Source: Podarcis gaigeae (Eukaryota). Taken from it: 64,000 nucleotides of DNA. A program made the translations under genes and the position numbers. The DNA is taken from assembly GCA_964106915.2 (NCBI GenBank), contig OZ066919.1; one strand, given 5' to 3'. Each line of letters starts with the position of its first letter. Within the stretch, counting starts at the first letter, position 1. The notes beneath the pieces are model-generated. The model saw only the letters and a list, made by a program, of their open reading frames with translations, was not told where the DNA came from and made no database searches. Positions 51,936-64,000 of this stretch are shown piece by piece.

Positions 51936-52181
51936 CAAACTAAGGCCTGGGGGCCGAATCCGGCCCAATCGCCTTCTAAATCCGGCCTGCGGACGGTACA
52001 GGAATCAGTGTGTTTTTACATGAGTAGAATGTGCCCTTTTATTTAAAATGCATCCCTGGGTTATTTGTGGGGCATAGGAATTCGTTCATTCTCCCCCCCC
52101 CCAAAAAAATATAGCCTGGCCCCCCACAAGGTCTGAGGGACAGTAAACTGGCCTCCTGCTGAAAAAGTTTGCTGACCCCTG
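51936..52181 (-). mobile_element. hAT-type MITE family D, copy 3 (one TIR partly deleted)
   Basis: Perfect 8-bp TSD CTCTATCC; body matches other copies. Confidence 0.88.
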
Positions 52182-52539
52182 CTCTATCCACACCTCTCCA
52201 GCTCACAGCAACATAATTCACCTGCCCTATATAAACTGTCTTGCTATGCATACAGACTTTTACACTACCATGTACTGTGTGGTGCCTGCATGTCCCCAGC
52301 ATGTTTATGTGTGGGAGAGAGAACTGCATGTCTACAACATATATTTTATGTTGCATATATCTTTACCCTCCTAGTGTGAAGAAATGCAAAGCATTTTTAT
52401 GGCTAAAGGAGTCCTATAAGAGGAAGGAAGCATATTCTAAGCAAAGAATTACTTGAAAAGGACTGAAAACAAAGCAGCCAGCTATTACGTGTCTGTATTT
52501 CAAACAGTGTAGTTCTGATGGTCCCATCTCAAAACGTAA

Positions 52540-53045
52540 ATCCTAGAGCTAGGACAGGTACAGAAAAGGTACCTGAAACAAGTGATTGACGATCACCTTC
52601 ATGAGGAAAGGCTGTAGTGCCTGGGTATTTTTGGTTTATGAAGAGGGGGAAGTGACTGGATTTGGGTGGTGGGCACATGATTCTAACATTATTCATGATG
52701 TAGAGAAAGTGGATTGAGAGCAGTTTTTCTCTTTGAGAGGAACTTAAAACAGTACATAGTTAAAATTATAGAATTCACTCCCATAAGATGTAGTGATGGC
52801 TTTAAATGAGGGCATAGAGAAATTTGTGGAGGAAAACAGCCATTCATTGCTACTAACCATAATGGCTTTATATTGTCTCCAGCGTTGGGGATAGTATGTT
52901 CTTGTATACCAGATTCTGGAAATCACAAGTGAGGAGAGTGTTCCGCTTGCAGCCCTCCCATAGACATCTGGTTAGCTACCATGAGAAGAAAACATTGGCC
53001 TAGTAGATGGACCTTTGGACCAATCCAGTAGCGGAGTTACATTCT
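52540..53045 (+). mobile_element. CR1 LINE 3' fragment
   Basis: ...GGAATTCACTCCC...GTAGTGATGGC...AGAAATTTGTGGAGGA... CR1 ORF2 end/3' UTR pattern; related pieces at ~330-502, ~48440-48745, ~31690-31820 (-), ~48845-49120 (-). Confidence 0.6.
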
Positions 53046-53429
53046 TACTGCTAGAAATTGTGGCCATACAACAGTGGTGGGCAGTAGATTCATTTCAAGC
53101 CGGACAAAATGGGGTACAGACGACTCTCAACTTATGTAAGGGTTGCATTCTGGGGCAAGTGCATAAAGCTAAAATCACAAGTAGTCAAAACACATTGGGT
53201 TCAATGGTGGGTGGGGCTTGCCAAAGTCATTTCCTCCACCCCCTTATTATTATTTTTTTGCCAAGGGTGTAAAGCTGAATGCATGCAAGTTAAATGCGTG
53301 CAAGAGTTATCCTGCACTTCTCACAATGCATAAACAAACAAAATCGGCTTCCTCCAGATGGAGAAATGGCTACTAGCTTACATACCTTTAAAGGGAATTT
53401 GATAAACTCAGTAGGGCTCTGCTATTAGC

Positions 53430-54400
53430 TAACTACCGACCGCTAGAAGAACAATCTCTTGACTTCTAGCAGCTAGCGGAACCTCCAGGGTCAGAGGCAG
53501 TACATCGGAGTCCTGCCCTCATCAGCTGGATAGCTCCGTGGATTAGCGTGTGATGCTGATCATGCCCGGAGGCACTTGGCAGCCGCTGTGGGCAGCGACG
53601 CCAGACTGCCAGACCCTTCGGTCTGCTCCATTTGGCTTTTATTCTGTGTTTCTCGGGGCGAGACTCCAGCGTAGGCTCAGAAGCCCGGGCATCAACTCGG
53701 GGCGTTTTCTGCTCCCGGTCCTGCTAAAATGGCTGGCGGCGGAGGACGGCGGGAAGGCCGAGGAAGGGAGGCAAGGATTCGAACCTGCCACTCTCGCGCC
53801 CCTGGCCTTTCTCGGACATGCGCAGAGCGAGCGCGCCGCGGGTTGCGAGGACTACGTTTCCCGTGGTGCGCGGAGCGCGGGGCGCCTGCGCACTGGGCCG
53901 CGGCCAGCGGGGAGGGCTGCGCGTTCCCGTGCGGTGATGGCGGTGCGTGGACGCGCGGCGGTGGTAGCAGCAGCAGCAATGGCTGCTGTGGATCGGCGGC
54001 TGCCGAATCTCGATGACTTCGCGGGGCAGAGCTGGAGCGCCTGGGTGGAGAGGGCCGGGCCGCCCGCTGCCGAGACAGGTGAGCGCGCCCGCCCTGCCCG
54101 CGGGCCCGGAGGCGGCGGCAGGCGGCGGGGAGCAGGGGACCCTCCGTCGCCGTTTCTGCTGCCGCCGCCGCCGCCGTCGAGCTTCCTCCCTCCCTCGCCT
54201 CCCCTCCTCCTCCCGCGCCCCCTCCCTCACCCCGCCCGCCCCAAACAAAGGAGCCGCCGGGTCCTAGCGCCGCCTCGCTTCCCGCCCGGTGAAGCCTGCC
54301 TTCCTTTTCCTGCCGCTTCGACCGGGTTTCCTAGGATCTCTCGATCCCCCTAATGGGATCCCCTCTCCCCGAGCCTGATTTTGTCCCACGCGTTTCCCAG
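53430..54400 (+). promoter_or_regulatory. CpG-island promoter of ATXN7L2
   Basis: CpG-dense; NRF1-like GCGCCTGCGCA (53882-53892), ZNF143/SBS-like GACTACGTTTCCC (53850-53862). Confidence 0.85.
53937..54078 (+). CDS. ATXN7L2: ATXN7L2 coding exon 1 (142 nt)
   Basis: MAVR...LDDFAGQSWSAWVERA; gtgATGG context; CAG|GTGAGC donor. Confidence 0.93.
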
Positions 54401-56248
54401 CTCCTTATGTGCTTCTCGTTCCTACTTTGATCCCTTATTACACGAGCATGGCTTTTTGTGTGTGTTGTTTTTTAAAGCCATATTCGCAAGATTCCCCGGA
54501 CTTTTGATCTCTTCTGTCATCAAGCCCACGATTGTCTCCGAAACATGCTATGTAAAGGCTGCGTGACTTGTCTGTTTATAATTTATTTATTACATAGTGA
54601 TCTCACCAGGTTTCCTAACATTTGCGCCTTGACTCTCGTGCACCTCGAGCCCTCATGTCGACTGCTTCCATTTCACCTGGGCATTCTTTCTTCCTGATCT
54701 CCACATATTCACTTTTTCTGTTTTCCCCAAATAATATGCACTTTTGAGGTGCCACTGGAACACTTGTGGGCAGCAAGCTTTCTTGATCTTCTGTGACTCC
54801 CTGGATAGTATGATACCCCTGATGGGTCTTGATCATCTTCTAGGTGACCCCTGACCACTTTTCTTTTTCTCCCCCCCCCCTTTAACCACATTTCCCCATC
54901 TGTCTTGATCTTTAAATCCCATTACAGTTTTCCTCAACTGATTCCCTTCAAAGTGCTTTCAGCAACCCACCGTTTGCTCTTCTCCCCCAGCTGTGCTGCA
55001 TTTCTGGATTTCCTCTTGTTGAAGTTGTTCCATTTCCATTAGGATCTGTGCCTAGGCCTTTGAAACTGGTCCCCGCCCATCCATCTGCTTTGCCTTCCTT
55101 ATATCTTCTCTTCTGTCTTTTACATAAAGCTCTTTTTTGTTTTGCACTGTTGACCTGGCCACTCAGTTTACCACTCTAGGATTTCCCCTTTTCTCTCAGA
55201 AAAACTGCACATCCTCCTCCCTGACATCCTGATTCAGCATCCCTATGCTCCTCCCCCCCCCCTTCTGTCTTGTCCCTTGCTCTGTTGCCCTCCTTTACTA
55301 AGGGGGTGGTGGTATATCTGTATGAAAATGGTGGATGGATGGATTGGCCCCTTGTGATTTTTGTCCTTGGAATCCTAGAAACCGCTCGGGAGCACCTCCC
55401 TAGAATGTTTGACTTTCTCAAGTGCAGCCTGATGGCAGACTCTAGAAGGGGCGGTGAGACTCAACGGAGCTGTCCCTGGTGATGCTTTTTATATTGTTGA
55501 GCTTCTCCCATCCCCCTCCATTATCTTCCCTTTGCACTTGATATAGTTAGTGCTTCGAATGTTTCCTCATCTACTTCCAGCTCCAACAGAGTTTACATAA
55601 TGACTCCTGTGTTTTCAGGGATTTAAGAAGCAGGTTGTAAATTGTCCTTTGCAGACAGCTTCCTGTTGCTGTCTGAATGGATTGTTTTTATTTATTTATT
55701 GCTAATAGATATGGAATGGTAAGGATTTCGTAGATGGGGGGGGGGGGGAGAGCTTGCTTAGTTTCCACCTTTTGCTCCCACCCTGTCTCTTGACAGGTTG
55801 TGGTATGGGATTAATTGTATGTGCGTTTTAATTCAGTTAGGTTTTTTCCTGTTTTTTAAAAGAGAGAGGGAGATTAATGTTCTTGGTGTCAATGCAATTT
55901 TTTAAATAAAAAAAACCGCACAGCTATTTTGGATTTCCGTTTTGTATTTTGATGCTGAAAGAGTTGATGCATTGTAACAGGTACATCTTGTCTTTGTGAG
56001 GGCACCATGTGGTGTGAAATCTATTAAATGCAAGTGGAGTATCATGTCATGGTTAAAGCACAGGAGTCAGGACTTTGGGGACTAGCTCTGCTACTTGCTT
56101 TCACACTGTTAATTTGGAGACAAATCAGCCCCTTGTGCCAGATCCCTCCCCACAATTGGTAGCATTTGATCTGCATCGCAAGGAGTTTGCAGGCATTTCA
56201 TGAATGTCTGTGAGCTTCAGGTCAATGCGCAGACAGAAGGAGTTACGG

Positions 56249-56363
56249 CAGCCTTTGACAACCTGATGCCCTCCAGATTTTTGGCCTACAACTCCCATCA
56301 GCCCCAGACTACACAGGGAGTTGTAGTCCAAAAATCTGGAGGGTACCAGGTTGGTGAAAGCTG
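56249..56363. mobile_element. Palindromic hAT (MER5/Charlie-like) MITE
   Basis: CCCTCCAGATTTTTGG...CCAAAAATCTGGAGGG inverted repeat with CTACAACTCCC core. Confidence 0.75.
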
Positions 56364-57785
56364 AATGGGGGGGGGGGGACATTAGTTCTGAATCCCATGT
56401 GTTTGATTTCTTATATGCATGTTGGGATTAGGTTACAAACCACATCATTCTAGGCATTTGCTTACACACACAAACACAGCATAATAAGAAAATGGTTCTG
56501 CTATAATGAAAAGCTTGACAACATTAACATGTTTCCAGGGAAATATCACTGGTGCTGTGATCGAAACTATAATATAATTTGGCATTGGCAAGGATTTGGC
56601 TTCCGGAACTGAAAACCAGGGGTATCTCTTTAACTCAGAATTTGGTGATTCTGTTTCAAAGCCCATCTTGGGGCATCTTTCTTTGAAGCTTTGTGTTCCC
56701 AACTAGCAGAGCAGAAAAGCTCATGTGAAAGGTATATGGAATAGAGACAGCTGTCTCTTATCCCCTGTCATGCAAGTGTGCCCCTTTTCTGCGTGCATAT
56801 ACACCTGGGCATGTGCAGAATTCTGGTGGGCCGTGGATATTTGAATGCCACCCTTTGAAATGGGAAAACAAGAGTTTGTAAAGCAGCTAGTCTCAAGTGG
56901 AGTTGAGAGAGCCACGTTTCTACCCTGCACATTGTATTTTGGAAAGGAGTCAGGGGGTGGTGCTGTGTGCTTGTCATTGTCTTCCAAACACCTCTTGATT
57001 GATACGGATTGGCAGAGCAGTTCTGCTGAAGCAGCAGGCAGTGGAGTCTGAGACTCAGCAAGTCCACTACTGTTTGCAGAAGCCCTGGAACATCTGCCAT
57101 GTTAGCTGAACTGATTCTTAGGGATCCTTGTTCTCTTGGCAACTTTTAAGACCTGGAGTTTTAGGGCAAATGGAAATGATTGTTCTTAATCTGCTCCCCT
57201 ATGAAACTCATTGAGTGACCTTGGGCACGTTGCATACCTGGCCTAACCTTTTTTCGCAGGGTTGTTGTGAGGATAAAATAGAATACCCCTGCACATACCT
57301 CCTCAAAGCCTGTATACATGTATAGTAAAAAAATTCAAAGGGGTCAGGACCATGCATGCTGTGTTTATTATTATGGGGTTTCAAAGAGGGGAAATCCTGA
57401 TCTACAGATTTCCTGGTCCTAGTGTTCTGTCTGCTCAAGCTTGCAGATGGATCTTCTCTGTTCTGGGTCACAATGTGACCTACATAACACTACATGACAA
57501 GTTTGAGGAAGCTGTGACTGGAATAGATGCTTTTCCTGAGCTCTTTTCAAGCCTATTAAGGCCTGCAGTCCTAAGCATGCTTACTTCCTAGTAAGTCTCA
57601 TTGCATTCAGGTTGATTTGCTTCTATGTAAGCGTTACTTCAAATCATGTGGTAAGGGGGGGGGGAGAGAATGATTCATCTTAATGTGTCTAGATGTCATG
57701 GGTTCTCAATAGCTTTGTTGGATGATGGATCTGCAAAGGGTTATTAGTGTTGCTGATGGGATTTCTTTTTCTATGTATCTATTAG

Positions 57786-57854
57786 GGTCTGATGTGGAAG
57801 AAAACGGTAGGAATGGGAGCAAGAAGCTGGATGCAATGACCCTCATTAAAGAAG
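57786..57854 (+). CDS. ATXN7L2: ATXN7L2 coding exon 2 ([23 protein letters not shown], 69 nt)
   Basis: [11 protein letters not shown] match; attag acceptor, AAG|GTAAGA donor; phase 1-1. Confidence 0.94.
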
Positions 57855-57955
57855 GTAAGAACAGACTTCTTTGAGTCTGACTTGAGTTGTAGAGACCTCT
57901 GCCCTGTGTCTGGTGAATGCTTTGCAGAAGAGAAAAGTGCAAGGGCAGCTGGGAG

Positions 57956-57958
<3 letters not shown>

Positions 57959-57997
<39 letters not shown>
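57959..57997. repeat. (TG)n microsatellite
   Basis: Pure TG run ~39 bp in ATXN7L2 intron 2. Confidence 0.95.
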
Positions 57998-57998
<1 letters not shown>

Positions 57999-60138
57999 TG
58001 GAGTAGCAGTCATTGCATTCTCACACAGCAAGTGACCCTTAGATGAAAGCATCCCAACAAAAGCAGAAGACAACTATCCCTTTTGATAGCTGCATTTGCA
58101 CATGCCACCAAGGACTAGCATTCTGGACCTAAGAGCTAGTCTGGCTGTACCTTACTAGAGCTCAAAACCTTGCCTGGGTCTTGGAATATGATGGATGAAG
58201 TGTCTCGTAGTTCATCAATAAATTCATACTCTTCCAAGCTTAGACTTGAATACATTGCATCTTCCATGACCCATGAATGAGCCCCTAACCCAACATTTAG
58301 TTATAGGGATTTAGCAAGCATTTCGGGATAACCGAAAGCTGCGGAACTTTCACATACATGTTTCTTTGCTTTGAGAACCCTTTGCCTCCTTGGTTTCTAG
58401 CAACATGATGTTAAGAGACGTCCAGAACAAAAGGCCCTTGGCTTTCCACCCCTTCCTGCCCACAGCCTCCCTCCTGATCAGCCCATATGACTTAGACCAC
58501 AGCGTGTCACAAAAAGCAGACAGAGTTGGTACAGAGCAATAGCTGCTGATGGACTTGTGCAAATGAGTCAAGCGGCAGAGAAGAGCCACACCATGTTTCT
58601 GTCTACGCCGCACCGGCCAAATTCTTTCCTGAGCTGGAATATCAGCCGTGCTCTGGCCACCAGTAAAACATGCTCACCAGCTCATCGCAAAGAAAGGATT
58701 CCAGGTGCGACTCCAATATAGTAGGACGGGTGAAGATGTGCTGACTCTCCCCATTCCACTCTCTTTCTCTCTCTTAATGATTGTTAGGGGGGGAAGACCC
58801 TGAGCCACCATTTGTCTACCCTCAACCAAGAGATCAGAAAGTCTCCTCTGTGTGTGTGTGTTTCTCAGACAAGTCTTGGGTGGTGGGGGCAGGGTGGAGA
58901 CTCAAATGGAAGGTCCTGCTTGCAGCAGAAGGTAAGAAGGGTCGGCTTCCCCAAGGATATCAGGTCTTTTGTGGGACCCCTGCATGGTGGCCTGTATTTT
59001 TCCTAAATGAAATCGGTCACACTAACTCCCTCCCTAGGCTTTTTCGGCAGAACCCTTGGAAATGTGAGCTGCCACCTGTCCTTTCCACTGAGCTCCCAAG
59101 CCAGAGTTTCCAGATGAGCTTCTGCTGGGCTTTCGTCCTGCTCTTTTCTGCGCTCACTCTCAGCCCATAGTTAGTTTGAGCCTTGCCCCTCCCCGTCTCT
59201 CCCGACAGCTCCCCTCCCCTGCCCTGCTGCCCTCGGTCTTTTTTCATTGCTTCCCAGCCTGTCTGTGTCTCTTTGTTTTCCCTTTTTTCTGCCACCCCAG
59301 CTGTGCTAGGAGGTGGGGCTGCCTCCTGACAAAGTTGGAGCGTGTGACGGCCCCATCACCCAAGGATAAGCGATTGTTCTGCTGCCTTTTTGTGTGTGTT
59401 TGCTAAAACGTGAGCCCACGTCTCAGGCCTGGGAGAAGTGGGCTGTGCCTAAACCAGCAGGCTGGATGGGGGAGGCTGCCTTGCCCAGTGGCTGTTCTCT
59501 GAACTAGACAGCCATTTGCGCAGATAAGTCTTGACATAAGTCACATGTAAAATAATTGTGTATATCTTTGCTTGTGCAGCTCGGTGCCATTGGAGCGTTG
59601 GGCTGCCAGTCAAGCGGTTCCCCCAGTTCACATCTAGGTGCTGCATTGGCTCAGTAATATACCACATGCTCTGCTCTTATAAGAGCCCAGTATGAAACTC
59701 CTTGTATCTGTGCTTGAAGAATCTTGGGGAGGCAGCCAAAGAGGGCTTTGTTTGATGGAACAATGGTCTAAGTCTGTATAAAAGCTCCTTCTGGCATTAT
59801 GAATGGATGACCTGCTTTGCAGTCAGTGTCTCCTTGATCTTTCAATCCTGCATGACAAGCAGCCTGGTACTTATTCCCAGCTTGCAGCTGGGAAAACTGA
59901 GGATGGAAGTGTGAGGCATGCTTCGTGCCACCGCACCAGACAGTTGTGGCAGAGATGCAAACATGTGCCTCTCAGCTCTCTTCCTTTCTAAGCTGCATGG
60001 CGGACTTTTCTTCTTGTTCCATCTTTTGTCAGAATTAATGGTGGGGTGTTGTTGCCGCTATTATTTGAAGAACAGACAAAGTTTCACGGGGCTTCTTCCA
60101 GGGTTCTCTCTCATCACTCGCCTCTCTTGTCCTTTCAG

Positions 60139-60243
60139 ACATGTCTATCTTTGGTCACTGCCCAGCTCACGATGAGTTCTACCTGGTGGTGTGTAACCAC
60201 TGTGGCCAAGTGGTCAAACCTCAAGCCTTTCAGAAGCACTGCG
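60139..60243 (+). CDS. ATXN7L2: ATXN7L2 coding exon 3 ([35 protein letters not shown], 105 nt)
   Basis: Ataxin-7 family zinc-finger; ttcag acceptor, GCG|GTAAGC donor. Confidence 0.96.
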
Positions 60244-62361
60244 GTAAGCGAAGCAGCCAAAAACTGCCAATTGAATTTCTGTGGCCTCTGGATGGAGAGC
60301 TGTGAATTAGGGCTGCTTGCTGCCGCCTCAGGCACCGGCCCAGTGGGTGGTGCCTGGGCTTGAAAGGCCCTTTTCTGTTTTCCTCCTGAAAATGGGGGGG
60401 GCGGGGTGGGGGAAGAGGAAGGTCGTCTTCCCTTGAATTTCTTTTCAACCAGCGAGGAAGCCGCTGCGAGGGCAGCAAGCAGCCCGAGAGACGGAAAGGC
60501 AGAATTCTGGTCATGCTAGGGTCGCTTCCGATGTCACAACTTTGCCCTTGGTGTTTGGGGAAAGAATGTGGGGAGGCAGTTAGGAAAGGGTCATACACAC
60601 ATCAGGTAACATCAGAAAGGAGAGACACTTGAGCCTGCGGAGAACAGCCCTAGCTCATGGGCGGAGCATCTGCCTTGCCTGCTGAGCAGGGTCAGTCCCT
60701 AGCATCTCCAGGTAGGGCTGTGAGAGTGTTGACCATTCACAGCTAGATGGGTCTTTGGTTTTATTCGGTCTGAGGCAATTTCCTATGTTCCTGTGATGTC
60801 CTATCTCGAAAGGAGACAGGCCATAACTGAGTGGCTAAGCTTATGCTTTGGGGAGAAGGTCTCAAATTGAACCTCTGGTTGACTCAGCCTTCCCCAACTC
60901 GGCGCCCCCTGGATGTTTTAGCATAACACTCCCATCAGCAGGGGAGTGGGCATAGAAAGGACCTGTCCAGAGGGCACCGACTTGGGGAAGGCTGCCATAA
61001 AGGGTAACAGGTACAGGATCTGGCAAAGAGATCTCTGCCTGAAAACCATTGCCCTGCAGATGGGTCATTTCTGCTCTAAACGGGCCGTTTGTTCCTTCTC
61101 TCCTCCGTCCCATCCTCCCAACAGACTTCTCTCCCTTCAGCCTCTACACTAGTGACTTAGGCCCAGCCGTTTTTTAGCTGCTTCTCCTCCCAAGTTCTGA
61201 AAGCACAACGAAGGAAATCTAACATTAGGCAACCTCCTCTCACCACCATCTGTGAATGATTTGTCCGTATCCAGACTTTTTCCTTTGGCCTGGTGCCCTG
61301 GGGCGGGGGGGGGGGGGAGCAGTAATCTCGCTGGGATTGTCCAAGGCCATCCGCCTGCCTTTGAAAGGGGTTGTTGAGCAAGAAGCGGGGAGAGTGGAGG
61401 GGCTGGAGATGGACTGCTTTAGCGACTCACCCTATGGATCAGGGGGGCAGGCAATGTACAGTCTTGACCTCCTGCCAAGGAACCTGCCAAGAGGGCTGGG
61501 TAGGCTGGTATTTGTGTCCCAGGGCATGGCTCAAAGGTGCAGGATGCCGCAGCTCTGCTGAAGCCAAGCAGGTCTAGGCCTGGTGAACAGCTGGATGAGG
61601 GAACCCTATCCACACCATCTTGGAATTCCATCATGGGAGAAGAAGCAGGATATAAATGAACTGTGTTAATTTTATTTGCCTCCACAACTTCCCTTGGGCT
61701 TTATGAATCAGGCCTCGAGGAACAGAATAGCAAGACATAGATGGTGGTGACAGCTAAGGTTAGGCAGATTTCCAGCTGGTCCTGATCGCCCCCTTTTGGA
61801 CCCTGTGCCTACTTCCTGGTGATTGACTATGATCAGGTTATGGGCCTCCCTAAGTGGGAAATGGCTATATGAGAGAGTAGCTGCTTGGCTGTCTGCTACC
61901 CACTCTTTGGAGCAGTTCTTGGAAGGATGTGTTTTTGGAGCCTGCCTCTCACAGTTCTGTGGTGCAGAAAGGATTAGTTCCAAAATGCATGACTTGGTAA
62001 ATTGGAGCTAGGAAGCTCTAAATGTGAAGTTCTGGATGTAGCCACTAACTTTGGTTCAGCAAGTTCCCAACAGAAAGGAGAGACGGAGGTGTGGATACAG
62101 TTTTCTAATAACAGTATGGGGCTTCTAGAGCATTGCCCATGAAACCTTAAGGAGATCACAAGTTTGGCACTGAGCACTATTTGCATAGTAAACCTCCAAA
62201 TTTCGTATTAGAATAAAATCCATAAATTGGGTGCTTTTGCTTCCCATTTCTGTACTCCAGGCCAGTACTTGCCATTTGCAGTATGATGGCTGCCATCCGG
62301 ATTCCCGCATTGGCTAGTTGATTGCAATATTTTCAGTAACAGCATTTTAATTCCCACCTAG

Positions 62362-62566
62362 AGAGACGACATGGACCTCCCAGCAAGCTCTATGGCCGGG
62401 TGCAGACCTCTTCAAATTTACAAAAGTGCCATGCGGTCAATGGGCGGTCTCTTGCCAGTGGAGGTCATGGAGCCACCAAGTCCTGGCGGGAGAGGTCCCA
62501 GGGCTCCTTCAGTCAAGCCCAGCACACGCCTGAGAGGACAGACAAGATGTCAAAGGACAACCTCTG
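62362..62566 (+). CDS. ATXN7L2: ATXN7L2 coding exon 4 ([13 protein letters not shown]...QKCHAVNG...KDNL, 205 nt)
   Basis: Completes zinc finger (HCERRH); cctag acceptor, CTG|GTAAGG donor. Confidence 0.93.
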
Positions 62567-62931
62567 GTAAGGAGGGGGTTGGGTTTGTTGGCAAGGGACC
62601 TTTCTGAGCTTTAGGATACAGAGCACAGCCCAACCAGTTCTTCTTGGGCTGTATGGAATCTCATTCCATTGCTTTTGGGGGAAGCATCCCAGTGCTGTGC
62701 TTACTGGGGTGGCTGGGGGAGAGGTATTGGAGAAATTGCGCCCTTCAGAATGGCAGGTGCAACCTGCTGTAATTCTCCATTTTGTAAGATGGTACGGGGA
62801 AATCTACATGCAGCTCTAGGGATACTAAAGTTTTATTATCTAGGGATGCTAAAGTTTTACTTTTTGTTCTTTGTATAAAAAGATAAGGGCTAAATTAACC
62901 TCTAGACCTGTGAAGCTAGAAGTAGTTTTTA

Positions 62932-62966
62932 GTGTGTGTGTGTGTGTGCGTGTGCGCGCGCACACA
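62932..62966. repeat. (TG)n/(CG)n/(CA)n alternating purine-pyrimidine tract
   Basis: Direct read; potential Z-DNA former. Confidence 0.8.
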
Positions 62967-63177
62967 GACACATAGTTGGGTCTGAATGAATCCTATTACT
63001 GAGGTTATATTTGGGGAGCGTTTTTATGGATTTTGATAAGTTGCATCTGGTTATTTTATTTATTTGTTTGTATTAAAATGCCTTCTCCGAGACATTTACA
63101 ACTTCACTAAAAATTGCAACAATAAATAACAAATTTAACAACAAAAAAAGAATCTGAAAAGCAAGAGAAGGAATATA

Positions 63178-63419
63178 CAGTGGTACCTCGGGTTAAGTAC
63201 TTAATTTGTTCCAGAGGTCCGTTCTTAACCTGAAACTGTTCTTAACCTGAAGCACCACTTTAGCTAATGGGGCCTCCTGCTGCCGCTGTGCCGCTGCTGC
63301 ACGATTTTTGTTCTTATCCTGAAGCAAAGCTATTAACCTGAAGCACTATTTCTGGGTTAGCGGAGTCTGTAACCTGAAGCGTATGTAACCTGAAGCGTAT
63401 GTAACCAGAGGTACCACTG
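63178..63419 (+). mobile_element. Tc1/mariner-type MITE copy 4 (ATXN7L2 intron 4)
   Basis: Complete TIRs, TA TSD. Confidence 0.9.
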
Positions 63420-64000
63420 TAATCTGTTTCCCCCGATTTTTGTCCCCTTGATGGTTTTAGTCACTTTTAGTGACTCTAGGTTTGTCGTGGAAAGCAAGGC
63501 AGAATTAAGCAAACTTAACTAGTTAATTATAGGGTCGGGTCTTGCTACTGAGGGAACTGCAGTCTATTTCTAGAGTCTCATGAGGTCAGGTGGCCACCAC
63601 AGTGGAGTAATCCTGGTTTAAAGGCTGCAGTAAAGTTTAAAGGAGCCCCCTTCAATGTCCACTACTCCTTGCCAATGTTAGTGGAAGAATGATCTGAAGG
63701 CACTTCAGAGTTTGCTTTCTTCATCTTGGTCTATTGCTGAAGGCCAGACATTGTTGTTGCAGGACACTGGGAAGACCTGTGAGATTTGGCCGTTGGTGCT
63801 TTCCAAGATTCATGTGGTACCAATGTGGAAACTGCACCTGCTCTTTTCTTGTCTTTGCCTCTCCTTTTATTCACTCTGTCTGTTTGGCTGGCATCTTAAG
63901 GCTAGAACCCAATACGATGAAGACGTAAGAGTGTCACCTTGGTCAACTGAAGTGGGAGATGACGAATTTTTCCGATGTTTCTGACTTGTGGCTCTGCTTT

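Larger units (their letters stand above)
53937..62566 (+). other. ATXN7L2: ATXN7L2 gene span (ataxin-7-like 2, SAGA DUB-module family), coding exons 1-4; continues beyond window
   Basis: Joined exons give MAVRGRAAVVAAAAMAAVDRRLPNLDDFAGQSWSAWVERAG...[59 protein letters not shown]...KDNL, matching ATXN7L2 including its N-terminal zinc finger; synteny. Confidence 0.96.

Noticed and set aside
54079-54353. Pro-rich continuation of the 267-aa ORF as part of ATXN7L2
   Set aside because: Lies after a strong CAG|GTGAGC donor; homology resumes at exon 57786, so this is intron

Overview
This is vertebrate nuclear DNA from a squamate reptile. The Sauria SINEs, a tRNA-headed SINE with a CR1-like tail and the Tc1/hAT MITE families suggest a lacertid lizard (inference). 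The window holds three spliced genes in the conserved amniote order PSMA5 - SYPL2 - ATXN7L2. PSMA5 (minus strand) has coding exons 1-8 at 12440->609, and its last exon lies left of the window. SYPL2/mitsugumin-29 (plus strand) is complete: 6 coding exons, 25793-39786, 262 aa. ATXN7L2 (plus strand) has coding exons 1-4 at 53937-62566 and continues past the right edge. I checked every exon for GT-AG boundaries and phase continuity. Each gene starts in a CpG island, and a fourth, gene-less CpG island lies at about 51.0-51.8 kb. The rest is intron and intergenic DNA dense in SINEs, LINE fragments (CR1, L2, RTE, Penelope) and short DNA-transposon MITEs, several with perfect target-site duplications (TSDs). 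Almost all entries in the supplied ORF track are spurious. I found no convincing new multi-gene system. The best leads are regulatory or transcript-structure hypotheses: the orphan CpG island, an isolated Pol III B-box and an open upstream frame at ATXN7L2, an ARE in PSMA5, a recursive-splice-like motif, and hammerhead-ribozyme remnants.
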